Source: Camelus dromedarius (taxonomy: Eukaryota). From it: a stretch of DNA of 64,000 nucleotides. Made by a program: the position numbers and the translations under genes. This document shows, in pieces, positions 1 through 10,998 of the stretch. How positions within the stretch are numbered: position 1 is the stretch's first letter; every line of letters begins with the position of its first letter. Location of the stretch: contig NC_087444.1 of assembly GCF_036321535.1 (NCBI RefSeq), positions 77,810,001-77,874,000 on the forward strand, in the 5' to 3' direction. The notes beneath the pieces are model-generated. The model was not told where the DNA came from and made no database searches. It saw nothing but the letters and a program-made list of their open reading frames with translations.

Positions 1-79
1 ACTCTGCCGGAAGCAGTGTGCCCCCCACCTTGTCCCAGCCCTGCCTGTGCCTATCTGATTCCTACTCCTCTTTCAAAAG

Positions 80-720
80 GAAATAAACTCTAATTTGAAA
101 AGAGACATGCACCCCAATGTTCATAGCAGCACTATTTACAATAGCCAAGACATGGAAACAGCCTAAATGTCCATGGACAGATGACTGGATAAAGAAGATG
201 TGGGGTATATATATATACATCCACACAACGGAATACTACCTGCCGTAAAAAAGATGGAAGTATTGCCATTTGCAGCACCATGGATGGACCTGGAGATCGT
301 CATACTAAGTGAAGTGAGCCAGAAAGAGAAAGAAAAATACTGTATGATATCGCTTATATGAGGAATCTAAAAAAACACAAGTGAACTTATTTACAAAACA
401 GAGAGAGTCAGACATAAAAAACAAACTTATAACTACTGGGGGGAAAGAGGAGGGGGGAGGGATAAATGGGGAATTTGGGATTTGTAGATACACACTACTG
501 TATATAAAATCAATAAACAACAAGGTCCTACTGTGTAGCACAGGGAACTATATTCAATACCTTGTAATGGCCTATAATGGAAAAGAATATATACACACAC
601 ACACACACATATATATATATACAACTAAATCACTATGCTGTTGTGCTGATATTAACAGATATTATATTATTAGCACAACATTGTAAATCGACTGTACTTA
701 AATTTAAAAAACAATTCACA
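80..720 (+). mobile_element. LINE-1 3' end (ORF2 tail and 3'UTR)
   Basis: atgttcatagcagcactatttacaatagccaagacatggaaacagcctaaatgtcc...ggacctggagatcgtcatactaagtgaagtgagccag is typical L1 3' sequence. Confidence 0.9.
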
Positions 721-1409
721 TCTACAAAAAAACAAAGGAAGTAAAGATGCTAAGCCTCTGGTGACCCTGGGCAGGAATTCCCCCCTCCTGTCCCCTGCTC
801 TTGGCCTTGGTACCAGCCTCCCTGCACTGACACAAAGGCTAGGCTTACTGGTGTCCCTGTGGCGACTGTGTGATATCTTCAGGACATCCCTGAGAGACCA
901 GGGGAAGTGGGTTCCAGCCTGGTGGAATACTTCCAGTTTGAGAATCAGTCTCCTCCCTCTGGCCACTCCCAGGCCAGGGGCTTGGAATCTTCTGGATCCT
1001 TCTAGAAACTGGGGCTGCTCGCATGGCTCAACGGAGGGGAAGAGGCTGGTCCTCCTCTGAGTGAGCAGCTACTGCACTTCCCCATTTAGGAAACAGCTTA
1101 TGTTATGCTGGTGGGAGCGGGTTTCCCCAGAGAGAGCGTACCTACAGGGGAAGTAGCCATCTAGGGATCTGTGTTTTCTCATCTGGAAAAGCAAGGATCA
1201 TGGAGGTGCCTCCCTCCTGTGGTTCAAGGGTGAGTCCACGCAAGGGCTGCAAGCAGTGCCTGGCCCTTAGCGAATGCTGTGCAAAATTAGGCATTCACAT
1301 TGTGGAGCTCCTCCAGGTCGCATTCGGGGCTTCCGCAGAGCCTCCTGCAGCCCTGAGAAGTCGTGCTGCTCCACAGAGTAGATAGCTGGAGCTCAGAGGA
1401 AGCGGCTTG

Positions 1410-1570
1410 CTTGTCACTGGGTCCTCCAGGAAGCAAAGGCTGACTTGGTGTTTGCCATGCAAGTGATTTATTGGGGGTGACATGGCGGGGGCAGGAGGGC
1501 AGGAGGGCAGGAGGAGGTGGGAAAGTTGGTCTGCCAGCTGTGAAAGGAGAGGGGAAGGGAAGGAAGATGT
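1410..1570. mobile_element. LTR16/LTR33-like (ERVL) LTR remnant
   Basis: gggtcctccaggaagcaaaggctgac...tttgccatgcaagtgatttattggggg resembles the recalled consensus start. Confidence 0.45.
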
Positions 1571-1916
1571 GTGTAGCACACACAACTATATTTGTGACTA
1601 GTGATGGTTTTGTTTCTTTTCTTTAAAAATTTTTTTTGTTTTCAGTGTTATTTTTTGTTAGTTTGCATGCTTATTTTTATTTTTTTAATTAATAGACTTT
1701 ATTTTTCTAGAGCAGTTTCAGGTTCACAGCAGAATTGAGCAGAAAATACAGAGAGTTTGCACATAGCCCTCCCCACCCACACATATGTACTTCTCTAACC
1801 TCAACCCCCCTCATCAATGTGGCATATTTGGCATAATTGATGAACCAACACATGCTTACTTTTTTAACAGTTTTTTTAATAGATTTTAATATAATTTAAT
1901 TTATTTTTTGAAGCAC

Positions 1917-2035
1917 TAGGGGGAATTAGGTTTACATATTAATTTACTTATTTTTTTAATGGAGGTACTGGGGTTTGAACCAGGACCTCGCCCATGCTAA
2001 GCACGTACTCTACCACTGAGCTGTACCCTCCCCCC
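1917..2035 (-). mobile_element. Vic-1-type SINE
   Basis: Reverse-strand A/B boxes (taccactgagct; gggtttgaacc) and aattaggttt tail. Confidence 0.85.
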
Positions 2036-2185
2036 TCCTTTCTAGTTTTACACCTTCTGTTTCTTATTGTTGCCTTATTCTGAAGACTGGCTATGTCTTC
2101 AGAACAGTGCTGAACAGTAGTAGGGGGGCATCCCTATCTTGTTTCTCACTTAAAGGGAAAAGCTTTCAATAGTTCACCATTAGGA

Positions 2186-2272
2186 GGGCTGGGGGTCTAG
2201 CTCAGTGGCAGAGTGCATATATGAGGTCCTGGGTTCGATCCCCAGTACCTCCATTAACAGCAAAAAAAAAAA
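2186..2272 (+). mobile_element. Vic-1-type SINE with internal deletion in the anticodon region
   Basis: tagctcagtggcagagtgcatatatgaggtcctgggttcgatcccc plus poly(A). Confidence 0.8.
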
Positions 2273-2319
2273 CCCACTATATGTCACCATTAAGTATGAA
2301 TTTACTCTAGATTCCTTTA

Positions 2320-2920
2320 ATTGTGGTTAAAATATACATGAAGTAAAATTTACCCTTAGAACCATTTTTAAGTGTACAATTCAGTCATACGAAGCACATT
2401 CACTCTGTTGTGCAACCATCACTACCACCCATCTCCAAAACTTTATCATCCTAAACAGAAACTTTATCAAGTTAAAACACATCATTAAATAATAACTCTC
2501 TAGCCCCCTCCCCTTGCCCTCGGCAACCAGCATCCTACTTTCTGTCTCTATGAATCTGACTACTCTAGACACCTCATATGTCTGAAATAATGCAGTCTTT
2601 GTCTTTTTGTGTCTGGTTTATTTCACTTAGGAGAATGTTTTCAAGATTCATCCATGTTATAGCAATCGTCAGCATTTCCTTTCCACATTTTGTTTAGTTA
2701 TGTATCATTGATGGAGATTTGGGTCAGTTCTGCCTTTGACACTGAACGTTCGTGCACACCTTTTTGTGTAGATGTGTGTTTTCATTTCCCTAGGGTGTAT
2801 ACCTAGGAATGGAATTGCTGGGTCCTATGGTAACATTTTAAAGAACTAGTAGACCATTTTCCACAGCGCCTGCATCATTTTACATCCCCACCAGCAATGT
2901 ACGAAGCTCCAATTTCTCTT
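2320..2920 (-). mobile_element. Old L1MA/MB-type 3' fragment
   Basis: ccattttaagtgtacaattcagt...ttcacttaggagaatgttttcaagattcatccatg. Confidence 0.75.
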
Positions 2921-2924
2921 ATTC

Positions 2925-3009
2925 TTTTTTTTTTTAATGGAGATACTGGGGATTGAACCCAGAACCTTGTACCTGCTAAGCATATGCTCTACCACTGAGC
3001 TATGCACCC
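2925..3009 (-). mobile_element. Vic-1-type SINE
   Basis: ggggattgaacccagaacc...taccactgagcta. Confidence 0.82.
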
Positions 3010-3594
3010 ACGAGGGTTCCAAATTCTCAACATCTTCAACAGNNNNNNNNNNNNNNNNNNNNNNNNNNNNNNNNNNNNNNNNNNNNNNNNNNNNNNNNNN
3101 NNNNNNNNNNNNNNNNNNNNNNNNNNNNNNNNNNNNNNNNNNNNNNNNNNNNNNNNNNNNNNNNNNNNNNNNNNNNNNNNNNNNNNNNNNNNNNNNNNNN
3201 NNNNNNNNNNNNNTTCCTTCTGGGGTCCTTTTTAGCCGAGTTGTTTGTCTTCTTTATTATTGAGTTGTAAGTATTCTTTATATAGTCTGGATTACAAATT
3301 TTTCATCAGCTATATGATTTGCAAAGATTTTCTCTCATTCCAGGGGTAACAGCCCTCTTTTGAGGGTTTCTCTCCTTTAAGGTCAGACTTTTTTAGTTGC
3401 TGTTATTCATTTAATCATTTGGTATATTTTTATCAAATGCCATTAATGTGCCAGGCACTGTCCTTGACGTTAGAGACTCAGCTGTGACAAAAACAAGGGT
3501 CCCTGCCCTCTGAGAGCTTATGTTCTAGCTGGGGAGGAGGACAATGAACAAATAAGCAAGAGAAGTATGATGTCAGGCAAGTGCTGTTCAGTGC

Positions 3595-3750
3595 CAGCCT
3601 CTCAGGCGTGTGACCCGTGTGGTTGCCAAGGGCACATTGGCTTCATGCTCTGCTGTCGCCATCTTGAAATTATTAACAATTTCTGCACAAGGGGCTCTTG
3701 CATTGTTCATTTTGCTCTGGGACCCACAAATTATCATATCACTTGTCCTG
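3595..3750 (+). mobile_element. MER91-like hAT-Tip100 DNA transposon remnant
   Basis: atgctctgctgtcgccatcttgaaattattaacaattt...caaggggctc...ttcattttgctctgggacccacaaattat resembles the recalled MER91A consensus. Confidence 0.6.
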
Positions 3751-4119
3751 GGGCTGTGATGCTATAGAGCAGAGTGAGGAGATGCCTGGGGTGGGTGGGC
3801 TCTTCCAGCCAGGGTTGCTGGGAAGGTCTCCCTGAAGAAGCAACATTGCAGCAAAGACCTGGAGCAGGTGAGACAGAGAGCCCTGCAAGTGTGAGTGGGC
3901 AGAGCTGCTTTCCTGGCAGAGAGAGAGAGCAGCAGGGAAAGACCTGGAGATGTTTGGGACTTTCGACTTCCAGCAAGAAAGCTGATGGGACTGTAGCAGT
4001 GAACAATGGGGAGAAAGTTAGTGATAGGATCAGAGGAAAAAAGGGGGCCATTGTAAGGATGACAGATTTTAATTTAGGTGTGTATCCACTGCCTATAGCT
4101 TAAGAGAACAATAAGCACT

Positions 4120-4530
4120 TATCAGGAATTCAGGAGCCGCTTAGCTGGGTGGTTCCTCTTGAGGGTGCTGTCAAGATGTGGCTTGGGGCATGATCCTCTG
4201 AAGGCTTGGCAGAGGCAGGAGGACCGTTTCTGGGGTGGCTCACTCACATGACGGTCAAGCTGTTGGCAGGAAGCTTCAGTTCTTCTCTGGCTGTTGGCAC
4301 AAGGCCTCAGTTCCTCACCCTTGCCTCGGGGATTTCTCCATACGGTGGCTCCAATGACCTCGTGACATGGCATTGAGCCCCTCTGGAGGAGTGAATGATC
4401 CTAGAGAGAACAGTGTCTTTGATAACCTAGCTGTGGACATGCCACCACTTTTGCAATGTCCTGTTGGTTACACAGCTCAGACCTATTCAGTTGGGAAGAG
4501 GCTACACAGGGGCATGACTCCCAAAGGTGG
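4120..4530. mobile_element. MLT1-type (MaLR) LTR remnant
   Basis: cttagctgggtggttc...gctgtcaagatgtgg...ggtggctcactcacatg...ggcctcagttcctcacc. Confidence 0.6.
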
Positions 4531-4789
4531 AGGTGGAGAGTGAAGGTCATCTTGGGGGTTGGCTGCCAAGGTATGACTCCACTGCAGGACTTTGAGCATG
4601 ACGATGATGATGATGATGATGATATAGATAGATGGAGATACGTTTGTGTGTGTGCATGCGCATAAATACATATATCTGCATACAGATACAGGACTATGTG
4701 TACAAATTACCATATAACATGTAATTCTCACATTTTATTCTATTATTATATGCGTTTGGTAGTTACACAAGTAATACATGAAAGCACAG

Positions 4790-5790
4790 TCAACTCCCCA
4801 TCAACTATTTTTTCCAGCTTTATTGAGCTGTGATTGACAAACAAAAATTGTATATATGTTTAAGGCATGCAACATGATTTTTTAAAGTATGCTTTAGAAA
4901 GATTCTATCTTTTATTTTAAAAATTTGGGGGGTGGAGGTAATTAGGTTTATTTATTGATTTATTTATTTAATGGAAGTGCTGGGGATTGAACCCAGGACC
5001 TCCTGCATGCTAAGCCTGTGCTCTACTCCTGAGCTTACCCTCCCCCAAGATGAAGTTTTGATGTATGTATTCACCCTGAAATGATCACAGTGATCAAGTT
5101 GATTAACACATCCATCACTTCACATAGTTACTGCCTTTTTGTGTGTCCTGAGACACTTATGATCTACTGTCTTAGCAAATTTCAAATATACAATATATTA
5201 TTATTAATTATAGTCATTAGATCCCAGAATTGTATTCATTTTATAACTGGAAGTTTGTGCCCTTTGACCAGCCCCCACTCCCCCTACCCGTCCGCCTCAA
5301 GACCCTGGTAACCAGCATTCCATTCTTTGTTTCTNNNNNNNNNNNNNNNNNNNNNNNNNNNNNNNNNNNNNNNNNNNNNNNNNNNNNNNNNNNNNNNNNN
5401 NNNNNNNNNNNNNNNNNNNNNNNNNNNNNNNNNNNNNNNNNNNNNNNNNNNNNNNNNNNNNNNNNNNCCCTCCTCATAGCTGAATAATATTGGGTTGTAT
5501 GTATACACCATATTTTCCTTGTCCGTTCACCTGTCCACGGACACTTAAGTTGTCATGTCTTGGTTATTGTGAATCATGCTGCAATAAGCTTGGGAGCACA
5601 GATATCTTTTTGTAATAGTGATTTCATTTCCTTTGAATATATATCCAGAAGTGGGACTGTTGGATCATATGGTAGTTCTGTTTCTAATTTTTGGAGGAAA
5701 CTCCACATTGTTTTCTGTAGTGGCTCCACCAATTTACATTCCCACCAACAGTGTACAAGAGTTCCCTTTTTTCCATACTGTCTCCCTAGT
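4790..5790 (-). mobile_element. L1MA-type 3' fragment interrupted by a SINE and an N gap
   Basis: ttattgagctgtgattgacaaacaaaaattg...atttacattcccaccaacagtgtacaagagttccc. Confidence 0.75.
4925..5047 (-). mobile_element. Vic-1-type SINE
   Basis: ggggattgaacccaggacctcctgcatgctaagc with ggtaattaggttt tail. Confidence 0.85.
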
Positions 5791-6123
5791 CATTATATAT
5801 ATATATATATCCCTTCCCCTGGAAATATGATCATCTTAAATTTGCTGTTTTACAGCAAGCCTTTCCCCTTAAGTCATGTACTACCTTGAAAGTTACCAAG
5901 CCTACATCTCCCTCCAGTGATGTCTGGTCTCAGGAACCAACCTACAAAGGTGTCTTCTAAGGCATGCTTCTCAAATGTTCTGGAACATCCAAATCACTAG
6001 TCTGGGTGATTCTGATTTAGGGGGTCTGGGCTGTGGTCTGAGATTCTGCTTTTGGAGCATTCCGATTTCCGATTTCAGGTAGCAACATCCTAAAATGACT
6101 GATTAGTTTTTTAATTAATTTAT

Positions 6124-6246
6124 TTTGGGGGGAAGGTAATTAGGTTTATTTATTTATCTATATTTGGAGGAGGTACTGGGGATTGAACCTAGGACGTTGT
6201 TCATGCTAAGCATGCGCTCTGCCACTTGAGCTACACTCCACCCCCT
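6124..6246 (-). mobile_element. Vic-1-type SINE
   Basis: ggggattgaacctaggacg...catgctaagcatgcgctctgccacttgagcta. Confidence 0.85.
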
Positions 6247-6394
6247 AAAAGTGATTAATTATTATATACTCGACCTTGCTTGCTAGAGACTGAACCTTCG
6301 AAGCTATATTTTCACTGCATTCCTGAGGTGATTATTTTCTCTCTTTCTTTTTTTTGGGGGGGGGGGGTGATTATTTATTTATTTATTTTTTGGT

Positions 6395-6750
6395 GGTAAA
6401 ATACACAGAACACCAAATTTACCATTTTAATCATTTTAAAGTGTACAACTCAATGGCATTATGTACCTGCTTGATGTTTTGCAAGCATCCTCAACCACTC
6501 TGTTGTTCCAGAACGTCTTCATCCAAAAAGGAAATCCCATACTCATTATCAGTCACTCCCCATCCTCCCCTCCCCCAGCCTGTAGCAATCATGAATATGT
6601 TTTCTGTCTCTCTGGATTTACCTATTCTGGGTATTTCATAGAAATGAAGTCAGTCTGTATGTGACTTTTTGTGTCTGGCTCCTTTTACCTAGCACGATGT
6701 TTTTAAGGTTCATGTGTATTATAGCACATGTCAGGGCATCATTCCTTTCT
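6395..6750 (-). mobile_element. L1MB-type 3' fragment
   Basis: aaatttaccattttaatcattttaaagtgtacaactcaatggc. Confidence 0.7.
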
Positions 6751-6999
6751 GACATGCCACCTGTGGGTGAAGAACCAGCTGGATCCTATCCGGTGTAGCC
6801 CAGGGGTTAAGAGTACAAGCTCTGTATTCTGCTGGCCAGTTACATCCCCTCTGTAAGCCTCACTGTGCTCATCTGCAAAACGAAGATAATAACAGCCCCT
6901 TCCTCACAGGGCTATTTGCAAAGTGACTGGCATGTCTTGAGAGCTCAGTAACTGTGAGGTGCTGTTGTGATTCCAGCTTGTGGATATGCTGTAATTGAT

Positions 7000-7740
7000 C
7001 CAGTCAATCTCCTAGTGTTGAAGATGAGGGCTTTTCCTACTTTTCTGCTTTTTCAACAGTGCTGAGACAAACATCTTTAAATACAAATATTTTTAAACGT
7101 TTGTTCAGTTATTTCTTTAGAAAAAAACCCTGGAAGTGGAATTGGTGGGTCAAAATTTTATTTTTATTATAAAATATTTCTGACACATAGAGAAAGAAGA
7201 GATAGTGAATACAATGAACTCATGGTTTCCACCTCTGGTTTTAAAAAAAAAATTACAAATGACAATGTCCTGAGTAGCTTTCCTGATTGCATTCCTTCCG
7301 CCCCGCCCCCAGGGGTCGCCACTGGGGCTCTCCCTCCCTGTGCTATATCTCATGCACGTTTGTGTACGATTACAACGTGTGTCCACATGCAGCCTCTGTT
7401 TTTATGTGTTTTAAAGGTTCGTGCATTCCACTACGTAGACTTCTGCAACTAGGAACATGCTTTGGGGTTGCCCACGTTGATATATGGAGCGCTGGTTCAG
7501 CCACTCACTGATGTATGGTGTGAATATGGCACGATCCATTTATTCACGTCTTGCGTGGTGGACATTTAAGCCCTTTCCAGTTTTTCACCGTTGCAAACAC
7601 CACTTGAGGCAAGCATTCTTGTGCTTATCTTTTTCTTCACATTTTGGAGTTTCTCTAGGGTGTACACCCACCGGTAGAAGAGCTGACTCTTTTTTAACAG
7701 TCAGACATACTGATAGGACTTTTCCAGAGGGTTGAGATTT
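7000..7740 (-). mobile_element. Degenerate L1ME-type fragments
   Basis: Resembles reverse L1M 3' sequence (tatagcacgatccatttattc-like; gtttctctagggtgtacacc). Subfamily uncertain. Confidence 0.5.
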
Positions 7741-8472
7741 TTACAGGGTCCTTTCTGCTTACTGGCTCCCTGTCTCTAGGTGACGCTTTCCTTCCTCCGG
7801 AGCTGTAGCCACCGTTATGGAGGAGGAGTGCCTGGGTTGGGGGTGTCTCCGACCTGGGGGTAGTCTCAGTTGCGGAAGGAATAGTATGAACAGAGGGTGG
7901 GAGTCTGGAAGCAAGATAAAGGACACTTAGGAGGACTCCTCAGAGAGGGACCAGTGTGGTCCTTGTTTTATAGATGCGCATCTGAGGCCCAGAGAGGGCA
8001 AGCCACTTCTCCAACGTCACAGAGAGACGGTTTGCAGAAACTGTCAGCTTCAGACGTTCACTCCTTCAGCACAAATTAACGAAGAACCTACTCCGTGCCA
8101 CGTATTGTTCCGAGCGCACAAGATACATAGTAGTCAACAAAACAAAGACCACCTGCTCCAAGCGCGGAGCTTATTATTCTGGGGTTAATTATGATTAATT
8201 GCTAATTATGTTTGCCTCTAGGATTGGAGCGGGGTCGGAGGTGGGTGGTGATCCCACCAACTTGGGGCCAAGGTGCCCCCATGGGAGCACCCCACGAGTC
8301 AAGGCTTTCTCCAAGCCCCTACCTCCCAATCTCCCTCTTTCTGATAGAGGGAGTGTTATTGTGGGTACTCCCGAAATTAAATGGGGTATTTGGGGAAAGA
8401 GGAGGTGGTCTAGGAGGAAGGGAGAGAGAGTGAAGAGCCCTTTGTACCGAGCAGGGTTGTCAATAAAGTTTT

Positions 8473-9161
8473 GTTGCCTTGGCAACCGCAGGCCTCACCG
8501 GGCCGCGGGGGTCGGCAGGGGAGAGGTGCGCGCGCATTCACCCACTCCCGCCCTCCCCTGCTTTCTTGCTAGGGTGGCAGAAGGTTTCTCCAGAGACTAG
8601 AGAAGTCGCGACTCTACGGTGACAGTCGGAAACCCTAGCCAATGGAAGGATAAATCGTTCAAAGACCAGCCAATCACATACAGGCTCTGGAGCCGGCGGA
8701 ACCCGCCCTCTTTCCACTTGGACCTGAAGAACCCGACCCAAACCCGAGTTTCGCCCGGAGCGACGGCGCTTTCGGCCAATGAGGGCGTTGACTTCGGGTC
8801 GTGGGCGGGGACACGTCTCCATGACAGCGGCAGAAGGACAGCTGCGGCAGCCACTGGCCGCACTTGGCGGCGCTTGCTGGAGCGCGGGTGTGGCGGGGTT
8901 TTGTAGGGGCACTGACTGGGGGGCAGGCAGGGAGGGGCAGAGCAGAGCTTGGCCAATGGGACTGGCGTGAGCTTCATAGCAACTGAGGAGTGGCGGCGAC
9001 CTTGACCAATGAGATGCCGCAGTCGCCGTGTCTGGGCGGGCCTGGCGGGGCAGACAGGAGGCGCGACGACCGTGTCTGACGAGAGCTGGAGAAGGCAGTG
9101 GGAGGTGGTGGCAGCGGCGGCGCGGGCGCCTGAGGAGGAGGAGGAGGAGGAGGAGAAGCGG
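8473..9161 (+). promoter_or_regulatory. KMT5C: KMT5C CpG-island promoter and probable non-coding exon 1
   Basis: CpG-rich. Five same-strand CCAAT boxes (8639, 8670, 8776, 8953, 9006), GC boxes, RFX palindrome GTTGCCTTGGCAAC at 8473-8486, (GAG)n at ~9132-9154, donor CGG|GTGAGG after 9161. TSS not determinable from sequence. Confidence 0.75.
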
Positions 9162-10998
9162 GTGAGGGGCGGCGCGGGGCTTGACCTCTGAGCCCCCTCT
9201 CGGCCCCCGCCCCGCGCCGCCTTGGCTCCCGGTCGTCCCCAGCCCCGACTGTCCCCCGCCCCCCCGGCCCCTCCTCGTGTCCAGGCGCCCACGTCTCCTG
9301 GCCCTTCAGCGAACCTCAGGCTGCACTCGGCGCACAGCCTGTGCTTCCAGACCCAGGCCCCTCTCCGCACTCCCGGCCTCCCCTGGCCCCTCTCTCGTGT
9401 CCCTGGACCCTCAGCTCGCCCTCTGACTCTCCACTCCCCTGCCTGGTCCTTAGGCGCTTCCCCTGCACTCTCACTGCCGACCCAGGTTCCTGGGACCCTT
9501 CAGGCCTTCCCCAGACCCCTGTCTGCTTCCCTCAGTTTCCCCCTGGACCTCAGGCTTTTCCCCTGGATCGTCACTGCCTACTCAGCTCCCTCGCTGGAGC
9601 CCAGGCTCTCTCCTCTCGGCTCTTCTAAGCTCCTTCCTGGATTCCCATGACTTCCTCTGTCCCTCTTTTCTTCTCCAAGCCCCGTTCTGGACCCTAGGCC
9701 CCCCTCTGCCTTCTTATTCTTAGGACCTTCCCTGGACCTCGAGGTTCTCTTCTGCTTTCGCTGGACCCCTAGTCTCCCTGCTGGCTTTCCTGGGGTCCTC
9801 CCTGGGTCCCCGAGCCTTCCCGCAGACCCCTCTGTCTCCCCTGCAGGCACCGCCGGCCCTTCCACCTGCCCCAGCTCCCTCCCTGTGGTGTCTATTTTTC
9901 TGTTTTTTTACCTACATGCCCCTCTGCAGCTTCCGTCTGTCCCAGCGCCCTCCCGCAGCGCCCCTCTTTATTTATCCCCAGCCTTCCTACCTTCTCGAAC
10001 CCCTTTCCCAGCCCCTCCAGCTCTTGATCTTTTCAGCTCTCCTCTCCTTGCTGTCCCCATCGACTCTCCCTGAAGCACTGTGCTGTGGGTGCCCAGAAGG
10101 CCCTCTGCAGTCGGGGTTAGGAGGCTTGTTTTGTTTCTTTAGCTAGTCCTCTTCTTTCTCCTCTTTTTCGTGGGCCTCTTTTGCCTCTCCCTACCGTTCC
10201 TTCTCTCTCCCCCCTCCCCTGCTTTGTCCTCTGTGCTCCTCCCTCCCCCGCAATCCTTGGAGAGGGAGCAGGTGCTGGGATCCTTCCTCTGCTCTCCCTC
10301 CCCTCACCCCTCCTCCAGACTGCCTGGGGTTTCACCCAGAGCCTTCTGAGGACTCCCAAGGGCTGCTGGGGAGGGGGGTGGAGGCCAAGGCCAGGAGAGA
10401 GTGGGGGTGGGCAGAAGAACAGGCAGTTCCAGCAGGGCAGGACCCCTTGGCTTTTTCCTTGGTGAGGGCCAGAGGTGGAGCTGGGTGCCCCCTGACTTCC
10501 ACCTCCTGAAGGAGTAATCCTTTAGGGTTATCTCAGACTGCCAGTTAATCAGCCTTCCCTGGGTGCGTGTGCGTGTGTGCGTGTGCGTGTGTGCGTGTGC
10601 CTTTGTGTGGTCTGTGATGTGTGTGAGGGTCTTAGGGAATCTGTTTATGCACAATGGGTCAGTGAGTGTGTGTGTGTGTGCACATAGAGGGGGTCATATG
10701 TGGTTGGAGGATCTGGGTCTGCACTCAAGAGCTTGAAGAGATGCAGATGCTGAGGATGGCGGCTGGCCTTTCTCTGGGGGCTTCCCTGTTGTCGGAAGCA
10801 CCTGTTGCATTTCATCTTCAGTGAGAGCCCTGTGAAGTCAGTATTGCTCTCCCTGCTTTATAGATGAGGAGACCCAAGGCCTTGCTAAAGTCCCATACAG
10901 CTTATAAGTGGCACCGAGCAAGCACACGCCCAGGGCGCCGGCGCCCCTGCCCTGCACTCTCCACCCTCCGCTGCAGGCAGCATGGTGCATGGGGCACC

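Noticed and set aside
760-1400. TMEM150B 5' exons expected by synteny
   Set aside because: No translated match to TMEM150B is visible, and non-coding exons cannot be recognised from sequence alone.
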